Shown here in pieces: positions 48,911 through 58,385 of a stretch of 64,000 nucleotides of DNA; position 1 is the stretch's first letter, and every line of letters begins with the position of its first letter. Source of the stretch: Candidatus Iainarchaeum sp. Its GTDB lineage: Archaea; Iainarchaeota; Iainarchaeia; Iainarchaeales; JAZDDZ01. A program made the position numbers and the translations under genes. Location: assembly GCA_043809245.1 (NCBI GenBank), contig JAZDDZ010000049.1, forward strand, positions 13,864 to 77,863, given 5' to 3'. The notes under the pieces were generated by a model. The model worked only from the letters and a program-made list of their open reading frames with translations, searched no databases and was not told the DNA's origin.

Positions 48911-48938
48911 CGGGTGGTTTGCAATCCCACCCCCGGCG
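48911..48938 (+). repeat. Degenerate duplicate of the tRNA-Ser T-arm + 3' acceptor half (17 nt exact, AATCCCACCCCCGGCGC)
   Basis: GGGTGGTTTGCAATCCCACCCCCGGCGC versus tRNA GTGGGTTCGAATCCCACCCCCGGCGC, about 45 nt downstream of the tRNA. Confidence 0.65.
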
Positions 48939-49027
48939 CTGAGAAAAACACCTAACTTTTACCTAATCTTACTTATAAGAAATGCTTATATATCCCCTTG
49001 CGCAATATTTGTTATGGGGGTGAATCC

Positions 49028-49276
49028 ATGAGGCAAGTTTTAGAAACCACTAGAATGTCCACTAGGGGGCAGGTTGTAATCCCAAAGGATGCAAGGGAAT
49101 TCACTAACAGCAAAGAGGATACGATTTTCACTGTTTTTCCCGTGGACAGGAAAACAATCGTTTTGAAGAAAATTGACAGCCAGAAAATTGTTTCAGAATT
49201 CCGCGCATTAAGGGCAAAGGTCAAGAACAAAATTTCAGAGGCAGAGGTCAATGAAATCACCCATAAGACAAGATAG
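49028..49276 (+). CDS. AbrB/MazE/SpoVT-type antitoxin (VapB-like)
   Basis: STRGQVVIPKDAREF swapped-hairpin motif. GGGGTG RBS-like sequence before the ATG at 49028. Confidence 0.6.
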   Translation: MRQVLETTRMSTRGQVVIPKDAREFTNSKEDTIFTVFPVDRKTIVLKKIDSQKIVSEFRALRAKVKNKISEAEVNEITHKTR

Positions 49277-49685
49277 ACGCAGGGTTGTTTTGGATACAAA
49301 CATAATCGTTTCCGCCTTGATTGCAAAAGAGGGCGCGCCTGCAAAAACCTTTGAAAAACTGCTTTTAGGAGAGCTGGAAAACTACACAAGCAAGGAATGC
49401 ATCAAGGAATTAAAGGAAGTTTTAAGCAGGGAAGAAATAACCAAAAGAACCACAAAGAAAGCCAGAGAATTCATTTTGAGAAATTACCTGCAAAACTCCA
49501 TTCAGGTTGCGGCAAAAACACGCGTAAACGTGGTTGAACACGAATCAGACAACAAATTCATTGAAACTGCCCTTGACGCAGGGGCCGACTATATAATCAC
49601 GGGCGACAAGCATTTGCTGGAAATAAACGAATTCAAAGGAATCAGAATTTTGCGCGCAAAGGAATTTTTGGCTTGGATTGAATAA
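49251..49685 (+). CDS. PIN-domain toxin (VapC-like)
   Basis: VVLDTNIIVSAL N-terminal Asp motif. C-terminal ITGDKHLL motif. Overlaps the antitoxin by 26 nt. Confidence 0.75.
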   Translation: MKSPIRQDRRRVVLDTNIIVSALIAKEGAPAKTFEKLLLGELENYTSKECIKELKEVLSREEITKRTTKKAREFILRNYLQNSIQVAAKTRVNVVEHESDNKFIETALDAGADYIITGDKHLLEINEFKGIRILRAKEFLAWIE

Positions 49686-49767
49686 TTATTTAAACCCTTT
49701 CCACTTAATCTTAGTGGAATTGTTTTAAGGCAATTGTCTTCCACATAAAAACTTAGGGGTGAAATGT

Positions 49768-50130
49768 ATGCCGAACATCGCATTAGAGGTCAGCCTTTTT
49801 CCAATGAGAATAAGCTTAAGGGAAAGGCAGCCACAGGAATTAACCATAAAGATAACGAACAACGACGCGCAGGCAAAGGCGCTTGACTTCGAGTTATTGC
49901 TTCCGCCGGAAGTCGGCCTGGACAAGGGCGGATTGAACCGAGGCGTAAAGAAAAGGCTTGCGGCTCTGAGACCGAATGAAACAATCAAAATGGACTACAA
50001 TGTCTTTGTATCAAAAATGGCCGGGCCAGGCAATTACGAGGGAAGGGCTGTTCTAGCGGAGTGCTCGCCGAACTTTGAGTACACAAGCCATTCATACAAG
50101 AAAGAATTGCTGTTCAGGGTCACGGATTAA
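49768..50130 (+). CDS. Hypothetical protein
   Basis: ORF followed by a strong terminator. Confidence 0.35.
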   Translation: MPNIALEVSLFPMRISLRERQPQELTIKITNNDAQAKALDFELLLPPEVGLDKGGLNRGVKKRLAALRPNETIKMDYNVFVSKMAGPGNYEGRAVLAECSPNFEYTSHSYKKELLFRVTD

Positions 50131-50140
50131 AGCGCAAAAA

Positions 50141-50174
50141 GCGCGGCTTTTCAACCGCGCGGTTGCTTTTTTTT
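50141..50174 (+). terminator. GC hairpin (GCGCGG-8 nt loop-CCGCGC) followed by a T8 tract
   Basis: Read directly; lies 11 nt after the stop codon. Confidence 0.55.
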
Positions 50175-50234
50175 CGGCTCAATTAAAAAAACCTTCCACA
50201 CCCTAGTTATTATTCACTTTTTTCCTGGTGAGAT

Positions 50235-51329
50235 GTGGGGGTTATGCATAAGAAGCTATTTATTCCCGGGCCAATAGAGGTCAGAAGCGAGGTATTGCAG
50301 AAAATGTCCTCGCCAATGATTGGGCACAGGGACAAGGAATTCAGCGAATTATTCAATGAAATAATTCCAAAAATGCAGAAACTGCTTTACACGCAGAACA
50401 GGATTTTTTTAAGCACGAGTTCCGGCACAGGCTTAATGGAGGCCGCGGTAAGGAACTGCACTGACAAAAAATGCCTGAACCTTGTGTGCGGCGCTTTCTC
50501 CGACAGGTGGCATGGAATGACACAGGAAAATGGAAAGGAATGCGAAGCCGTGAAAGTGGAGTGGGGAAAGGCAATCAAGCCGGAAATGGTTCGGGAGAAA
50601 CTTGATACAGGGGAATTTGACGCAATAACTTTGGTGCACAACGAAACATCAACAGGAGTAATGAATCCCCTGCAGGAAATAGCGGAAGTGATGAAGGAGT
50701 TTCCTGAAACGCTTTTTTTGGTTGACACGGTTTCATCAATGGCTGGAGTGAAAATTGAAGTTGACAAGTTAGGCATTGATGTCTGCCTTTCATCTTCGCA
50801 GAAAGCACTTGGCTTGCCTCCAGGGCTTGCGGTCTGCTCGGTGAGCGAAAAGGCATTGGAGAAAGCCAAGACCGTGAAAAACAGGGGGCATTACTTTGAC
50901 TTTTTGGCGTTTTTGAAATCATACGAGAAAGGCCAGACCCCTACAACTCCTTGCATTCCGCATTTTTTCGCGCTCAACCACCAGCTGGACCACATACTCA
51001 AGGAAGGCCTGGACAACAGGTTTGCAAGGCATGAAAAAATGGCTGGCATTGGCAGGAAATGGGCCAAAGAAAACTTTGAATTGTTTCCAGAGAAAGGATA
51101 TGAGTCAGTTACATTGACTGCTGTGAAGAACAACAAGGGAATAGTTGTTGCGGATTTGAATGCAGAGCTTGCAAAAAAAGGATTCCTGATTTCAAACGGC
51201 TACAAGGAATTAAAGGAAAAGACTTTCAGAATAGCGCACATGGGCGACACGCAGCCGGAAGAACTGGAGGAATTGCTTAAAGTGATGGATGAAATCATTG
51301 CAGGGCTTCCAAAGGGGGCAAAAGCATGA
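50235..51329 (+). CDS. Class V aminotransferase (serine-pyruvate / phosphoserine aminotransferase type)
   Basis: Fold-type I PLP aminotransferase architecture. SSSQKALGLPPG is the Lys-PLP region (SxxK). It is cotranscribed with serA. Confidence 0.75.
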   Translation: MGVMHKKLFIPGPIEVRSEVLQKMSSPMIGHRDKEFSELFNEIIPKMQKLLYTQNRIFLSTSSGTGLMEAAVRNCTDKKCLNLVCGAFSDRWHGMTQENGKECEAVKVEWGKAIKPEMVREKLDTGEFDAITLVHNETSTGVMNPLQEIAEVMKEFPETLFLVDTVSSMAGVKIEVDKLGIDVCLSSSQKALGLPPGLAVCSVSEKALEKAKTVKNRGHYFDFLAFLKSYEKGQTPTTPCIPHFFALNHQLDHILKEGLDNRFARHEKMAGIGRKWAKENFELFPEKGYESVTLTAVKNNKGIVVADLNAELAKKGFLISNGYKELKEKTFRIAHMGDTQPEELEELLKVMDEIIAGLPKGAKA

Positions 51330-52279
51330 GCGAAAAATTCAGGGTATTGGTTGCAGACGGTGTTTCGCCTAAAGCCATTGCACTGCTGAAAAAAGAAAAT
51401 GATTTTGAAACGATTGAAAGCGCGAGCCTGAAAGAGCCTGAGCTGTTGGAAAAAATAAAGGGAATTGACGCAATCATTGTGCGCTCTGCGACAAAAATGC
51501 CTGCAAGCGTTATTGCCGCTGCGGATAAATTGAAAGTCATCGGGAGAGCCGGGGCGGGAGTTGATACGATTGATGTTAAAGCCGCGACAGCGAAAGGAAT
51601 CAAGGTTTTGAATACTCCCTCTGGAAACACGGTTAGCGTTGCGGAACTTACGATTGGAATGCTTATTTCGCTGAGCAGGAAAGTGCATGAAGCGCATTCC
51701 TCGATGAAGCAGAATAAATGGGAGAAAAAGCTTTTCAAGGGCGGAGAGCTATACGGCAAAACATTTGGAATAATCGGCATGGGAAAAATCGGGAGAGAGG
51801 TAGCGAAAAGAGCCAAGCCCTTTGGCGTGAAAATAATGGCTTATGAACCGTACCCAGACCATAACGCGATTGCGGAAATAGGCGGCGTGGAAATCGTTGC
51901 ACTGGAAAAATTGCTGAAGGAATCTGATTTCATTTCCATTCACGTTCCTCTAAATGATGCCACAAGAAACCTCATCGGCGAAAAGGAATTCGCGTTAATG
52001 AAACCCAATGCAAGGATTGCAAACATTGCGCGCGGGGGAATAGTTGACGAGGCAGCGCTTGCAAAAGCCCTTCGCGAGGGAAAGATTGCGGGCGCAGCAG
52101 TTGATGTTTTTGTGAAAGAGCCGCCTGAAGGAAACGAACTGCTTGGCACGCCAAACATTCTTTTGACTCCTCACATCGGGGCTTCAACGCATGAAGCCGA
52201 GGAAAGGTGCGGAGTGGAAATAGCCGAAGCGGTCATTGAAGCGTTAAAGGAAAAAGAGTACAGGAACGCGGTTAACTGA
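51326..52279 (+). CDS. serA: D-3-phosphoglycerate dehydrogenase / D-isomer 2-hydroxyacid dehydrogenase
   Basis: NAD motif GIIGMGKIGREVA. Catalytic residues R..E..H (ANIARGG...D, PHIGAST). Confidence 0.8.
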   Translation: MSEKFRVLVADGVSPKAIALLKKENDFETIESASLKEPELLEKIKGIDAIIVRSATKMPASVIAAADKLKVIGRAGAGVDTIDVKAATAKGIKVLNTPSGNTVSVAELTIGMLISLSRKVHEAHSSMKQNKWEKKLFKGGELYGKTFGIIGMGKIGREVAKRAKPFGVKIMAYEPYPDHNAIAEIGGVEIVALEKLLKESDFISIHVPLNDATRNLIGEKEFALMKPNARIANIARGGIVDEAALAKALREGKIAGAAVDVFVKEPPEGNELLGTPNILLTPHIGASTHEAEERCGVEIAEAVIEALKEKEYRNAVN

Positions 52280-52299
52280 TTACTCCAACCGGTTGCCAA

Positions 52300-53016
52300 T
52301 TAAAGCCTTTTCCATAAGAGGTTGAACGAGTTAAGGTATGTCCGCGCCAGGTCCCTGCTTTTGACTGAAACCACGACAGGGTTTTCCTGGAAAAAAACAA
52401 GGTAAATGTTATTTCCCTGCAGCCACCAGAAAGCAGGGCTGAGGTACTCCTCTTCAATGAATTTGTATGTTATTAGCGGAAGGCTTTTCACAAACGGCTT
52501 TACCTTAGGCGAATCAACAAAAATGCCCTTCACTTTTATGCCGCTTTTAAGGCGCTTGTTTGTCCATGGAAGATAATAGTATTCCAAAAAATCCTTTGCG
52601 GGCATGGCTCCGCCGTAAATATGGATTGTTTCCTTGCTTTCCAGCAGCCTTTCAAAAACTCCCTTCATTGAGTTCTTGCCTGAAAAAATTTCAATCAATG
52701 GCTCCTCCTGTTTCCTGACAAGGGTTTTTTTAAGCTCGGACTTTAATAACTCGGTTATCCTGCTTCTTTCATCCATTAGCGCGGAAAGGCTGTTGAGGTC
52801 GGTTGGCTGGAAAAGCTTTTTCTTTTCAACAACTGCATAATTCACAAGGCCCATTGAGACAAGCGATTCAAGGGAATCGTAGACGCTGCGCCTGTTAATG
52901 CCAGTGGAACGCGCTATCCTAATTACGGGAGAGGCTCCGCTTCTCACAAGCGTCAGGTATACGTTCGCTTCATTGGCTGACAGGCCGAGGCTCGCTAGGC
53001 CCTTCACTAAGTCCAT
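52300..53016 (-). CDS. TrmB-family transcriptional regulator
   Basis: N-terminus LGLSANEANVYLTLVRSGASPVIRIARSTGINRRSVYDSLESL is the TrmB wHTH. Confidence 0.6.
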   Translation of the reverse strand: MDLVKGLASLGLSANEANVYLTLVRSGASPVIRIARSTGINRRSVYDSLESLVSMGLVNYAVVEKKKLFQPTDLNSLSALMDERSRITELLKSELKKTLVRKQEEPLIEIFSGKNSMKGVFERLLESKETIHIYGGAMPAKDFLEYYYLPWTNKRLKSGIKVKGIFVDSPKVKPFVKSLPLITYKFIEEEYLSPAFWWLQGNNIYLVFFQENPVVVSVKSRDLARTYLNSFNLLWKRL

Positions 53017-53147
53017 AGCAAACCAATGCAGAGAAAAATATTTAAATGTGGTGGAATTTATCCCCACAAATAAATATTAAGCCGCCCAACAGCAATATAG
53101 TAAGGCAGTGGAACAGGGCAGCAGTCCGCACTGCAGGAGTTAAGACC

Positions 53148-53849
53148 ATGACAGCGTACAAGAGGCACATGCCAAGGATGAGCGGTGAAGAGGCTGAAAA
53201 GCTGAGGCAATTCCAGGAGTTTGTTTATGAAACCAGGGGCGCGCTGAAAAAGGAAATCACCATGGACGCCATGGGAAAGAAAATAACTGTAATGCACAGC
53301 GTTTTCTTTCCGATTTTTTCCGACACAGCGTCCCTTGGAAAAGCGGTCCTGAAAGAGGTAAAAAAAGGCGATGTTGTCCTTGACCTCGGCACTGGCACAG
53401 GCATCCAGGCAATTCTTGCAGCGGAAAAAGCGGAAAAAGTCCTGGCAGTAGACATTAACCCAAAGGCAGTTGAGTGCGCAAAAAGGAACGCGGAGCTTCA
53501 CGGTTTCAGCGGAAAAATAGAGGCAATTAAAAGCGATGTTTTTTCAGGCATTCAGGGAAAAAAATTTGACTTAATCGCGTTCAACCCGCCTTTCCGCTGG
53601 TTCAGGCCAAGGGACATTTCGGAATACGGGAGCACTGACGAGAATTATGGCGCGCTGAAAAGGTTTTTCTTGGAAGCAAAAGAACACCTTAACCCTAAAG
53701 GAAAGGTGCTGCTTGTTTTCTCCAACACGGGCGACATTGAATACCTCAAAGAGCTTATCAGGGAGTCGGGCATGAAGTCAGAAATTGTTCTTGAAAACCA
53801 GGAAATAGACTGGCGTTACTATGTTGTTTACAGGCTGACCGCGCAGTGA
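53148..53849 (+). CDS. HemK/PrmC-like SAM-dependent methyltransferase (NPPF motif)
   Basis: Motif I VLDLGTGTGIQAI. Motif IV FNPPF. Confidence 0.6.
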   Translation: MTAYKRHMPRMSGEEAEKLRQFQEFVYETRGALKKEITMDAMGKKITVMHSVFFPIFSDTASLGKAVLKEVKKGDVVLDLGTGTGIQAILAAEKAEKVLAVDINPKAVECAKRNAELHGFSGKIEAIKSDVFSGIQGKKFDLIAFNPPFRWFRPRDISEYGSTDENYGALKRFFLEAKEHLNPKGKVLLVFSNTGDIEYLKELIRESGMKSEIVLENQEIDWRYYVVYRLTAQ

Positions 53850-53866
53850 TTTTTTAGGCTAATGAT

Positions 53867-54688
53867 TCAGCGCTCAAGCTCATTTATCTTCGACGCGGGC
53901 GCAGTAAATAAAACGCTTGAGGCAGTGAATTCTATTTTTATCGGGGAAAGGAAAAGCGAGGCAGTGAATGGCTCGGGGCTTTTTGCTTTTTCCTGGATGA
54001 TTGAAAGGGTTTTTTCAATCAGTGAAATGGGCAAAGAGAAATGCGTTCCCTTTGGCTTTGATTCAAGCAATGCGCTTGCCTGTTCAAGCAATTGCGCGTC
54101 AGGTGATTCAAAGAAAAATTCATTAAGGGAAAGCCTTTTGGAGAGCCCTTTAACGAACGCGGTTGTTTTTTCATCGAATGGCATACTGACAGAATCATTG
54201 AAGTCCATTTCACGCAGGGAATTCATCTGCCCGCCAAGAACCGAAGAAATGTAATCAAGGTGCTTTACCCTGTGGCGGATTTTTTCGTTCAATTCGCTTA
54301 AATCATTTATGCCGAAAACCGCGCTGTTTCGCGCAATCTTTAAAAGGTCGGAATCTTTTTTGCTCCACTCAATAAGGGTATGCAAATGCTCGACAATCAA
54401 ATCCGCGGATTGATAACTTGCCTTGGATTTGAATAACTGGTTTAGCCTGAGCAAAAGCTTGTTCTCCATTTCCGAGCTGATCATGGAAGAAGCCTTATCG
54501 GTTACAAATAACTGGCTGCCTTTGCGTTCAATTTGCCCTAAAGCGGAAAGGTCTTTAAGCGAACGAGAAATTGCAGCTCGCGCGGAATTAACAGTCGCAT
54601 AATCAGCTGAAACCTTGTTAAGCAGGGCAGTGTATTCAATGCCTGGAGACTGCTTGATTATTAACAAAATAGCGTTCTTGGTTGTCAT
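53867..54688 (-). CDS. Hypothetical protein with an N-terminal wHTH-like segment
   Basis: ILLIIKQSPGIEYTALLNKV...AAISRSLKDLSALGQIERKGS. Confidence 0.35.
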   Translation of the reverse strand: MTTKNAILLIIKQSPGIEYTALLNKVSADYATVNSARAAISRSLKDLSALGQIERKGSQLFVTDKASSMISSEMENKLLLRLNQLFKSKASYQSADLIVEHLHTLIEWSKKDSDLLKIARNSAVFGINDLSELNEKIRHRVKHLDYISSVLGGQMNSLREMDFNDSVSMPFDEKTTAFVKGLSKRLSLNEFFFESPDAQLLEQASALLESKPKGTHFSLPISLIEKTLSIIQEKAKSPEPFTASLFLSPIKIEFTASSVLFTAPASKINELER

Positions 54689-54750
54689 GTTAAGTGAAGC
54701 TTGGCTGGAAGGGTTTAAAAAAAAGCAGGTTAATTGCCACGGCCTTGCTT

Positions 54751-55035
54751 TTAAGCCGCGCCCAAGTCGATTTTCTTCATTCTTTTGGGGATGACAAAAT
54801 AGTGTTTTCGCTTGCAAATAGTGCATTCAGCCAAAAAAGTCGGCTTTTTGGTCTGCTTTTTCGGCTTAATTGGAAACTTGGCTTTTCCGCCGTAACCGTG
54901 CTTTGTTTTCTTCAAGTGCTTTCTCTGGCCTTTTGAAGTGCTTCTAGTGGAGCCTGCCTTGAATGCCTTTAGCTTGTGCTCAGTGTGCTTGTTGCACTTT
55001 TTGCAGTAATCCTTGATGACCTTTGGAAAATTCAT
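54751..55035 (-). CDS. rpl44e: 50S ribosomal protein L44e
   Basis: CKKCNKHTEHK...KHGYGGKAK...CTICKRKH zinc-ribbon pattern of L44e. Confidence 0.8.
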   Translation of the reverse strand: MNFPKVIKDYCKKCNKHTEHKLKAFKAGSTRSTSKGQRKHLKKTKHGYGGKAKFPIKPKKQTKKPTFLAECTICKRKHYFVIPKRMKKIDLGAA

Positions 55036-55164
55036 AAAAACCACGAAAAATCGCGTGTTATTACATTTTTCGCCTAAAAAAGGTTTTTAAAACAGCTTGT
55101 TAAGCGCGGCAAGCTATTTAATTCCCTTTGGCTGAAAATATTTACTGGGAAGAGGGATTATTAT

Positions 55165-55713
55165 ATGGACCGAAGGGACAGGGGCTGCGTTTTCAATGCG
55201 CTTCCGCTTGAAATTCAGGCAGTGCAGAACTACCGCCGGCTCGCAGAACAGGTCAAGGACCTCGAAATGAAAAAATACCTTGAATTGTTTGAGGCAAACG
55301 AGCAAAGCCACATTGAGGCTTTAAAGGAAATAATTTCGAAATACGCAAATTCCGAGGGCATGCGTGAACTCGATGAAAAAATGAAAGAACCTATGAATAA
55401 CCCGGTTGATTTCAGCGCGGAGCTGAGGGAAATAATTACAAAGCTGCTTGAACTGGAGGAACTGCAGGTTAAAAAATACTCAAACTGCACTGCCGTGGCG
55501 CAGAACATTGAAATCCGGGAAATTTTCTACCACTTCATTGAAAACGAAAAGCTTCACGCGGAACTGCTTAAGAAAATGATTTTATCGCTGACAATAAAAG
55601 AGCCGCCAAAGGACAACAAATGCGAAATATGCGGAACGCAATTGGCTTCACATCTGCACATCTGCCATGGCTGCGCAAAAAAAGAAATGGAAAAAAGCAC
55701 CAGGCATAAATAA
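55165..55713 (+). CDS. Ferritin-like/rubrerythrin-like four-helix protein with a C-terminal zinc ribbon
   Basis: Paired E..H helices (EANEQSHIEAL, ENEKLHAELL). C-terminus CEICG...CHGC. Confidence 0.4.
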   Translation: MDRRDRGCVFNALPLEIQAVQNYRRLAEQVKDLEMKKYLELFEANEQSHIEALKEIISKYANSEGMRELDEKMKEPMNNPVDFSAELREIITKLLELEELQVKKYSNCTAVAQNIEIREIFYHFIENEKLHAELLKKMILSLTIKEPPKDNKCEICGTQLASHLHICHGCAKKEMEKSTRHK

Positions 55714-55717
55714 TGCG

Positions 55718-55891
55718 CTATGCTGAAAGCCCTTCAAAAACAAGCTCTGCTTCCTTTTGGTTCACGCGGATGTACTTGTGCATCTCGCCGCAAGTGGGGC
55801 AGATTTCCGGCGGCTTAACGCCAAAGTGAATGTCATTGCATACAGTGCAGCGCCAGAAAAACTTTGGTTCCCATAAGCCGTTAGACATTGC
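55718..55891 (-). CDS. Rubredoxin-like small protein
   Basis: WRCTVCNDIHFGVKPPEICPTCGE is a rubredoxin-type Cys knuckle pair. The track ORF extends to 55999 but overlaps the next gene. Confidence 0.5.
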   Translation of the reverse strand, partial: AMSNGLWEPKFFWRCTVCNDIHFGVKPPEICPTCGEMHKYIRVNQKEAELVFEGLSA

Positions 55892-56192
55892 CTTTCCCGC
55901 CTTTACCCTTTTTAAAAAATAACCCGCACCAGCACCTGTCCTGCTTTTTCCAGGTTTCCTGTACTTCAAAATTGCACGGGCACAAAAGCTCCAAATCATT
56001 TTTCCCGCCCAGCCTTAACCTGCACGGGCAGAAGCGGCCCCCGGTTTCCTTCTCCAAAGCAATTATTGAATTGTATAAAAAATCAAGGTGCTTTTTATTC
56101 TGGTTCAAGTCAAAGTTGTTTCTTTTAGCCCACTCGGCAAACAAGGCACTTAATTCATTGGATTCGGATGGCATGAACAAATTAAAGCGCAA
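55881..56192 (-). CDS. Ferredoxin:thioredoxin reductase catalytic-subunit-like protein
   Basis: CPCR...CPC...CWC spacing matches the FTR-B CPC/CPC/CHC cluster. Confidence 0.55.
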   Translation of the reverse strand: MRFNLFMPSESNELSALFAEWAKRNNFDLNQNKKHLDFLYNSIIALEKETGGRFCPCRLRLGGKNDLELLCPCNFEVQETWKKQDRCWCGLFFKKGKGGKGNV

Positions 56193-56233
56193 AAGAAATA
56201 AAATAGTGCGGTTATTCCCTTTTGGTTATTCCG

Positions 56234-57139
56234 CTAACAGGATACTTCAATGTTAGGGAGGCTGCTTTTCAGCTGTTCACAGGCAGCGCTTGAGGTGTCA
56301 GCGTCAATGCGGTCAAGATTTACTGTCTTTAAATTTTGGAAGTTTTTCAATGGCGAAACATCTGTAATTGGATTTACTGAAAGGCTTAAAGTCTTTAACC
56401 TCTTTAAAGCAGAGAGAGGAGAAACATCCGAGATATCCTGCCCGCCAATATACAATGTCCGTACATTTACAAGGCCGGATAAAGCAGAGGTGTCCTTGAT
56501 TTTTGTCTTGCTGTACAAGTCAAGATTATTCAGGTTAAGTGAAGTCAGGCACGTTAAAGCACTTATGCCGTCCAAGGCTGCATCACCTTGTGCTTTGACT
56601 GCTGCATCCAGTTTTGCCTGGCTTGCATCATCCAATCTAACGCTAGGGCTACTTTTCACGTTCTCGGCAATTGCAGTATACTCTGCGTTAGAACATACAA
56701 CATCCCCGTCTTTGGCCAAATATTCATCAGTGCACCTTTTTTCCTCGTAACCCATCCACCCGCCGTTAACGCAGTACATGTAATCGTTTAATTCATCGCA
56801 ATATGCGTCCCCTGTCCTGCACTTTCCGGAAACATCTCCGCGAATATATATTGCCTTACTGGTTCCTTCAAGGGGAATCAGAAAACCTATATCGGATGAC
56901 CAGTCGGTTGTTGTGCCTATGTGCGCTGTGGGGGCATCCTGTGGCGCTCCGGGCGGCCCGCCGCCTCCTGTTGGAGGAGTAGTTCCACCGCTTGGCGGAG
57001 TTGTTCCCCCTGACGGAGGAGTGCTTCCACCGCTTGGCGGCGTAGTGCCGCCATTACCGCCGTTATCCCCTCCATTAGGGCAACCGCTTAACAAAATCGC
57101 GGCAACCAAAAAAACAAAAAGCAAAACTTTTGCATTCAT
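56234..57139 (-). CDS. Leucine-rich-repeat lipoprotein with a (GGTTPPS)n linker
   Basis: Signal + LLSGCPNGG lipobox. Five GGTTPPS-type repeats. C-terminal 22-aa LRRs (LxxLxxLxLxxNxIxDVSPL). Confidence 0.65.
   Translation of the reverse strand: MNAKVLLFVFLVAAILLSGCPNGGDNGGNGGTTPPSGGSTPPSGGTTPPSGGTTPPTGGGGPPGAPQDAPTAHIGTTTDWSSDIGFLIPLEGTSKAIYIRGDVSGKCRTGDAYCDELNDYMYCVNGGWMGYEEKRCTDEYLAKDGDVVCSNAEYTAIAENVKSSPSVRLDDASQAKLDAAVKAQGDAALDGISALTCLTSLNLNNLDLYSKTKIKDTSALSGLVNVRTLYIGGQDISDVSPLSALKRLKTLSLSVNPITDVSPLKNFQNLKTVNLDRIDADTSSAACEQLKSSLPNIEVSC
56965..57060. repeat. Imperfect about 21-bp tandem repeats encoding the Gly/Thr/Pro linker
   Basis: GGAGGAGTAGTTCCACCGCTTGGC-like units repeated four to five times. 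Confidence 0.6.
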
Positions 57140-57197
57140 TTAAAACAATAAAAAGTAGAACAAAGGGATATAAAAAGGTTTCCCCGCCCAGGGCAAA

Positions 57198-58349
57198 TCA
57201 GGGTATACAGGTTTTGAGATTGGGCAGTTTGGCTTGCAAATCATCGCAAATATCTTGCGAATCATCGCCTATGAACAAATATTCCAGATTACTTAAACTA
57301 TATAGCGGGGAGAAATCCCTGCTTTCCTTGCTGCCTCCGCGAGCGCTCAGGCTCCTTAGCTCAGTAAGGCCTGAGAGCGGGGAGAGGTCTTTTACCTGTG
57401 TTTCAAGTATATCCAAAACCTTCAGGCTTTTCATATTTGAAACTGGCGAAATATCAGAAAAAGGATTTTGCGATAGATCCAAGTATTCCATCTTGGTCAT
57501 GCCTGATAAGGGCAAGATATCTGTGATTTTGTTTTTCTTCAATTCCAGCATCTTCATGTTTGTGTTCTTGGATAGGGGAGAGAGGTCTGCGATGACCGCG
57601 TATTCCGCCTTGAAAGACTCCAATGTTGTTAGGTTTGAAAGCTGGGAAATGGAATAGGTCTGATAGTCAGGATACATGTTTTCCATCTGCAATTCCAAAA
57701 CCCTGAGTTTTGGAAGGTCTGAGAGCGGGGAAAGGTCAAGGCCCGCGGGCTTGCCCAAGAAAACAATTTCAAGATTTTTAAGGCCGGAAATTATTGAGAG
57801 GTCACCAATGCCTTGGTGCAGCATATTTGCCTTGACATCTAGATAGGTTAGGCAGTCTAAGTCATTTATTCCTTCATATGCGCTGTTGGAATTACCCCCC
57901 TCCTTTATGGCCGCAGCGCTCGCAGCATCTAATTTTTTATCGCTGTCTTCATCAAGGGCAACAACAGATATTTTCTTATCCCACTCCGGGATTATTGTTA
58001 CAAAAAACGGGTTGTAAATCTCCGCACTTACTGCATTGTAGTCATCATTTGAGCAAATAACCTCTTCCTCAGGCGGCGTACTATCATCGTTTATACCAAC
58101 GCCGTCATCCGGAACTCCACACTTCCCCGGGACCTTGCCATACACAGTCCAACCCTCTGTTGAGGATTCGCATACTAGATAATTTGTTCCCTCGCACTTG
58201 GTAGTCCCTTTTTCACAAGGGGCTACATTAATTAAGTCCGAGCCCCCTCCATTGCCGCCGTCGCTAGGGCAACCACTCAGAAGAAGGGCTATCACAATAA
58301 AAACAAAGATTAAAACCTGGCACTTCATTTCATTGCACCCTAGTAACAC
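57198..58349 (-). CDS. Leucine-rich-repeat lipoprotein (paralog 2)
   Basis: LLLSGCPSDGGNGGG lipobox. More than 8 LRRs with the DLSPLS consensus. Confidence 0.65.
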   Translation of the reverse strand: MLLGCNEMKCQVLIFVFIVIALLLSGCPSDGGNGGGSDLINVAPCEKGTTKCEGTNYLVCESSTEGWTVYGKVPGKCGVPDDGVGINDDSTPPEEEVICSNDDYNAVSAEIYNPFFVTIIPEWDKKISVVALDEDSDKKLDAASAAAIKEGGNSNSAYEGINDLDCLTYLDVKANMLHQGIGDLSIISGLKNLEIVFLGKPAGLDLSPLSDLPKLRVLELQMENMYPDYQTYSISQLSNLTTLESFKAEYAVIADLSPLSKNTNMKMLELKKNKITDILPLSGMTKMEYLDLSQNPFSDISPVSNMKSLKVLDILETQVKDLSPLSGLTELRSLSARGGSKESRDFSPLYSLSNLEYLFIGDDSQDICDDLQAKLPNLKTCIP

Positions 58350-58385
58350 ATTGTCCTTGCATTGGACTGGTTGCTTTTCAAAAAT

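Noticed and set aside
51200-51816. Overlapping minus-strand ORFs across the serC-like/serA junction
   Set aside because: Antisense to two well-supported metabolic genes.
56250-57143. Plus-strand ORFs (166 and 76 aa) with Pro/Gly-rich translation
   Set aside because: They are the reverse-frame reading of the LRR lipoprotein gene and its (GGTTPPS)n repeat DNA.
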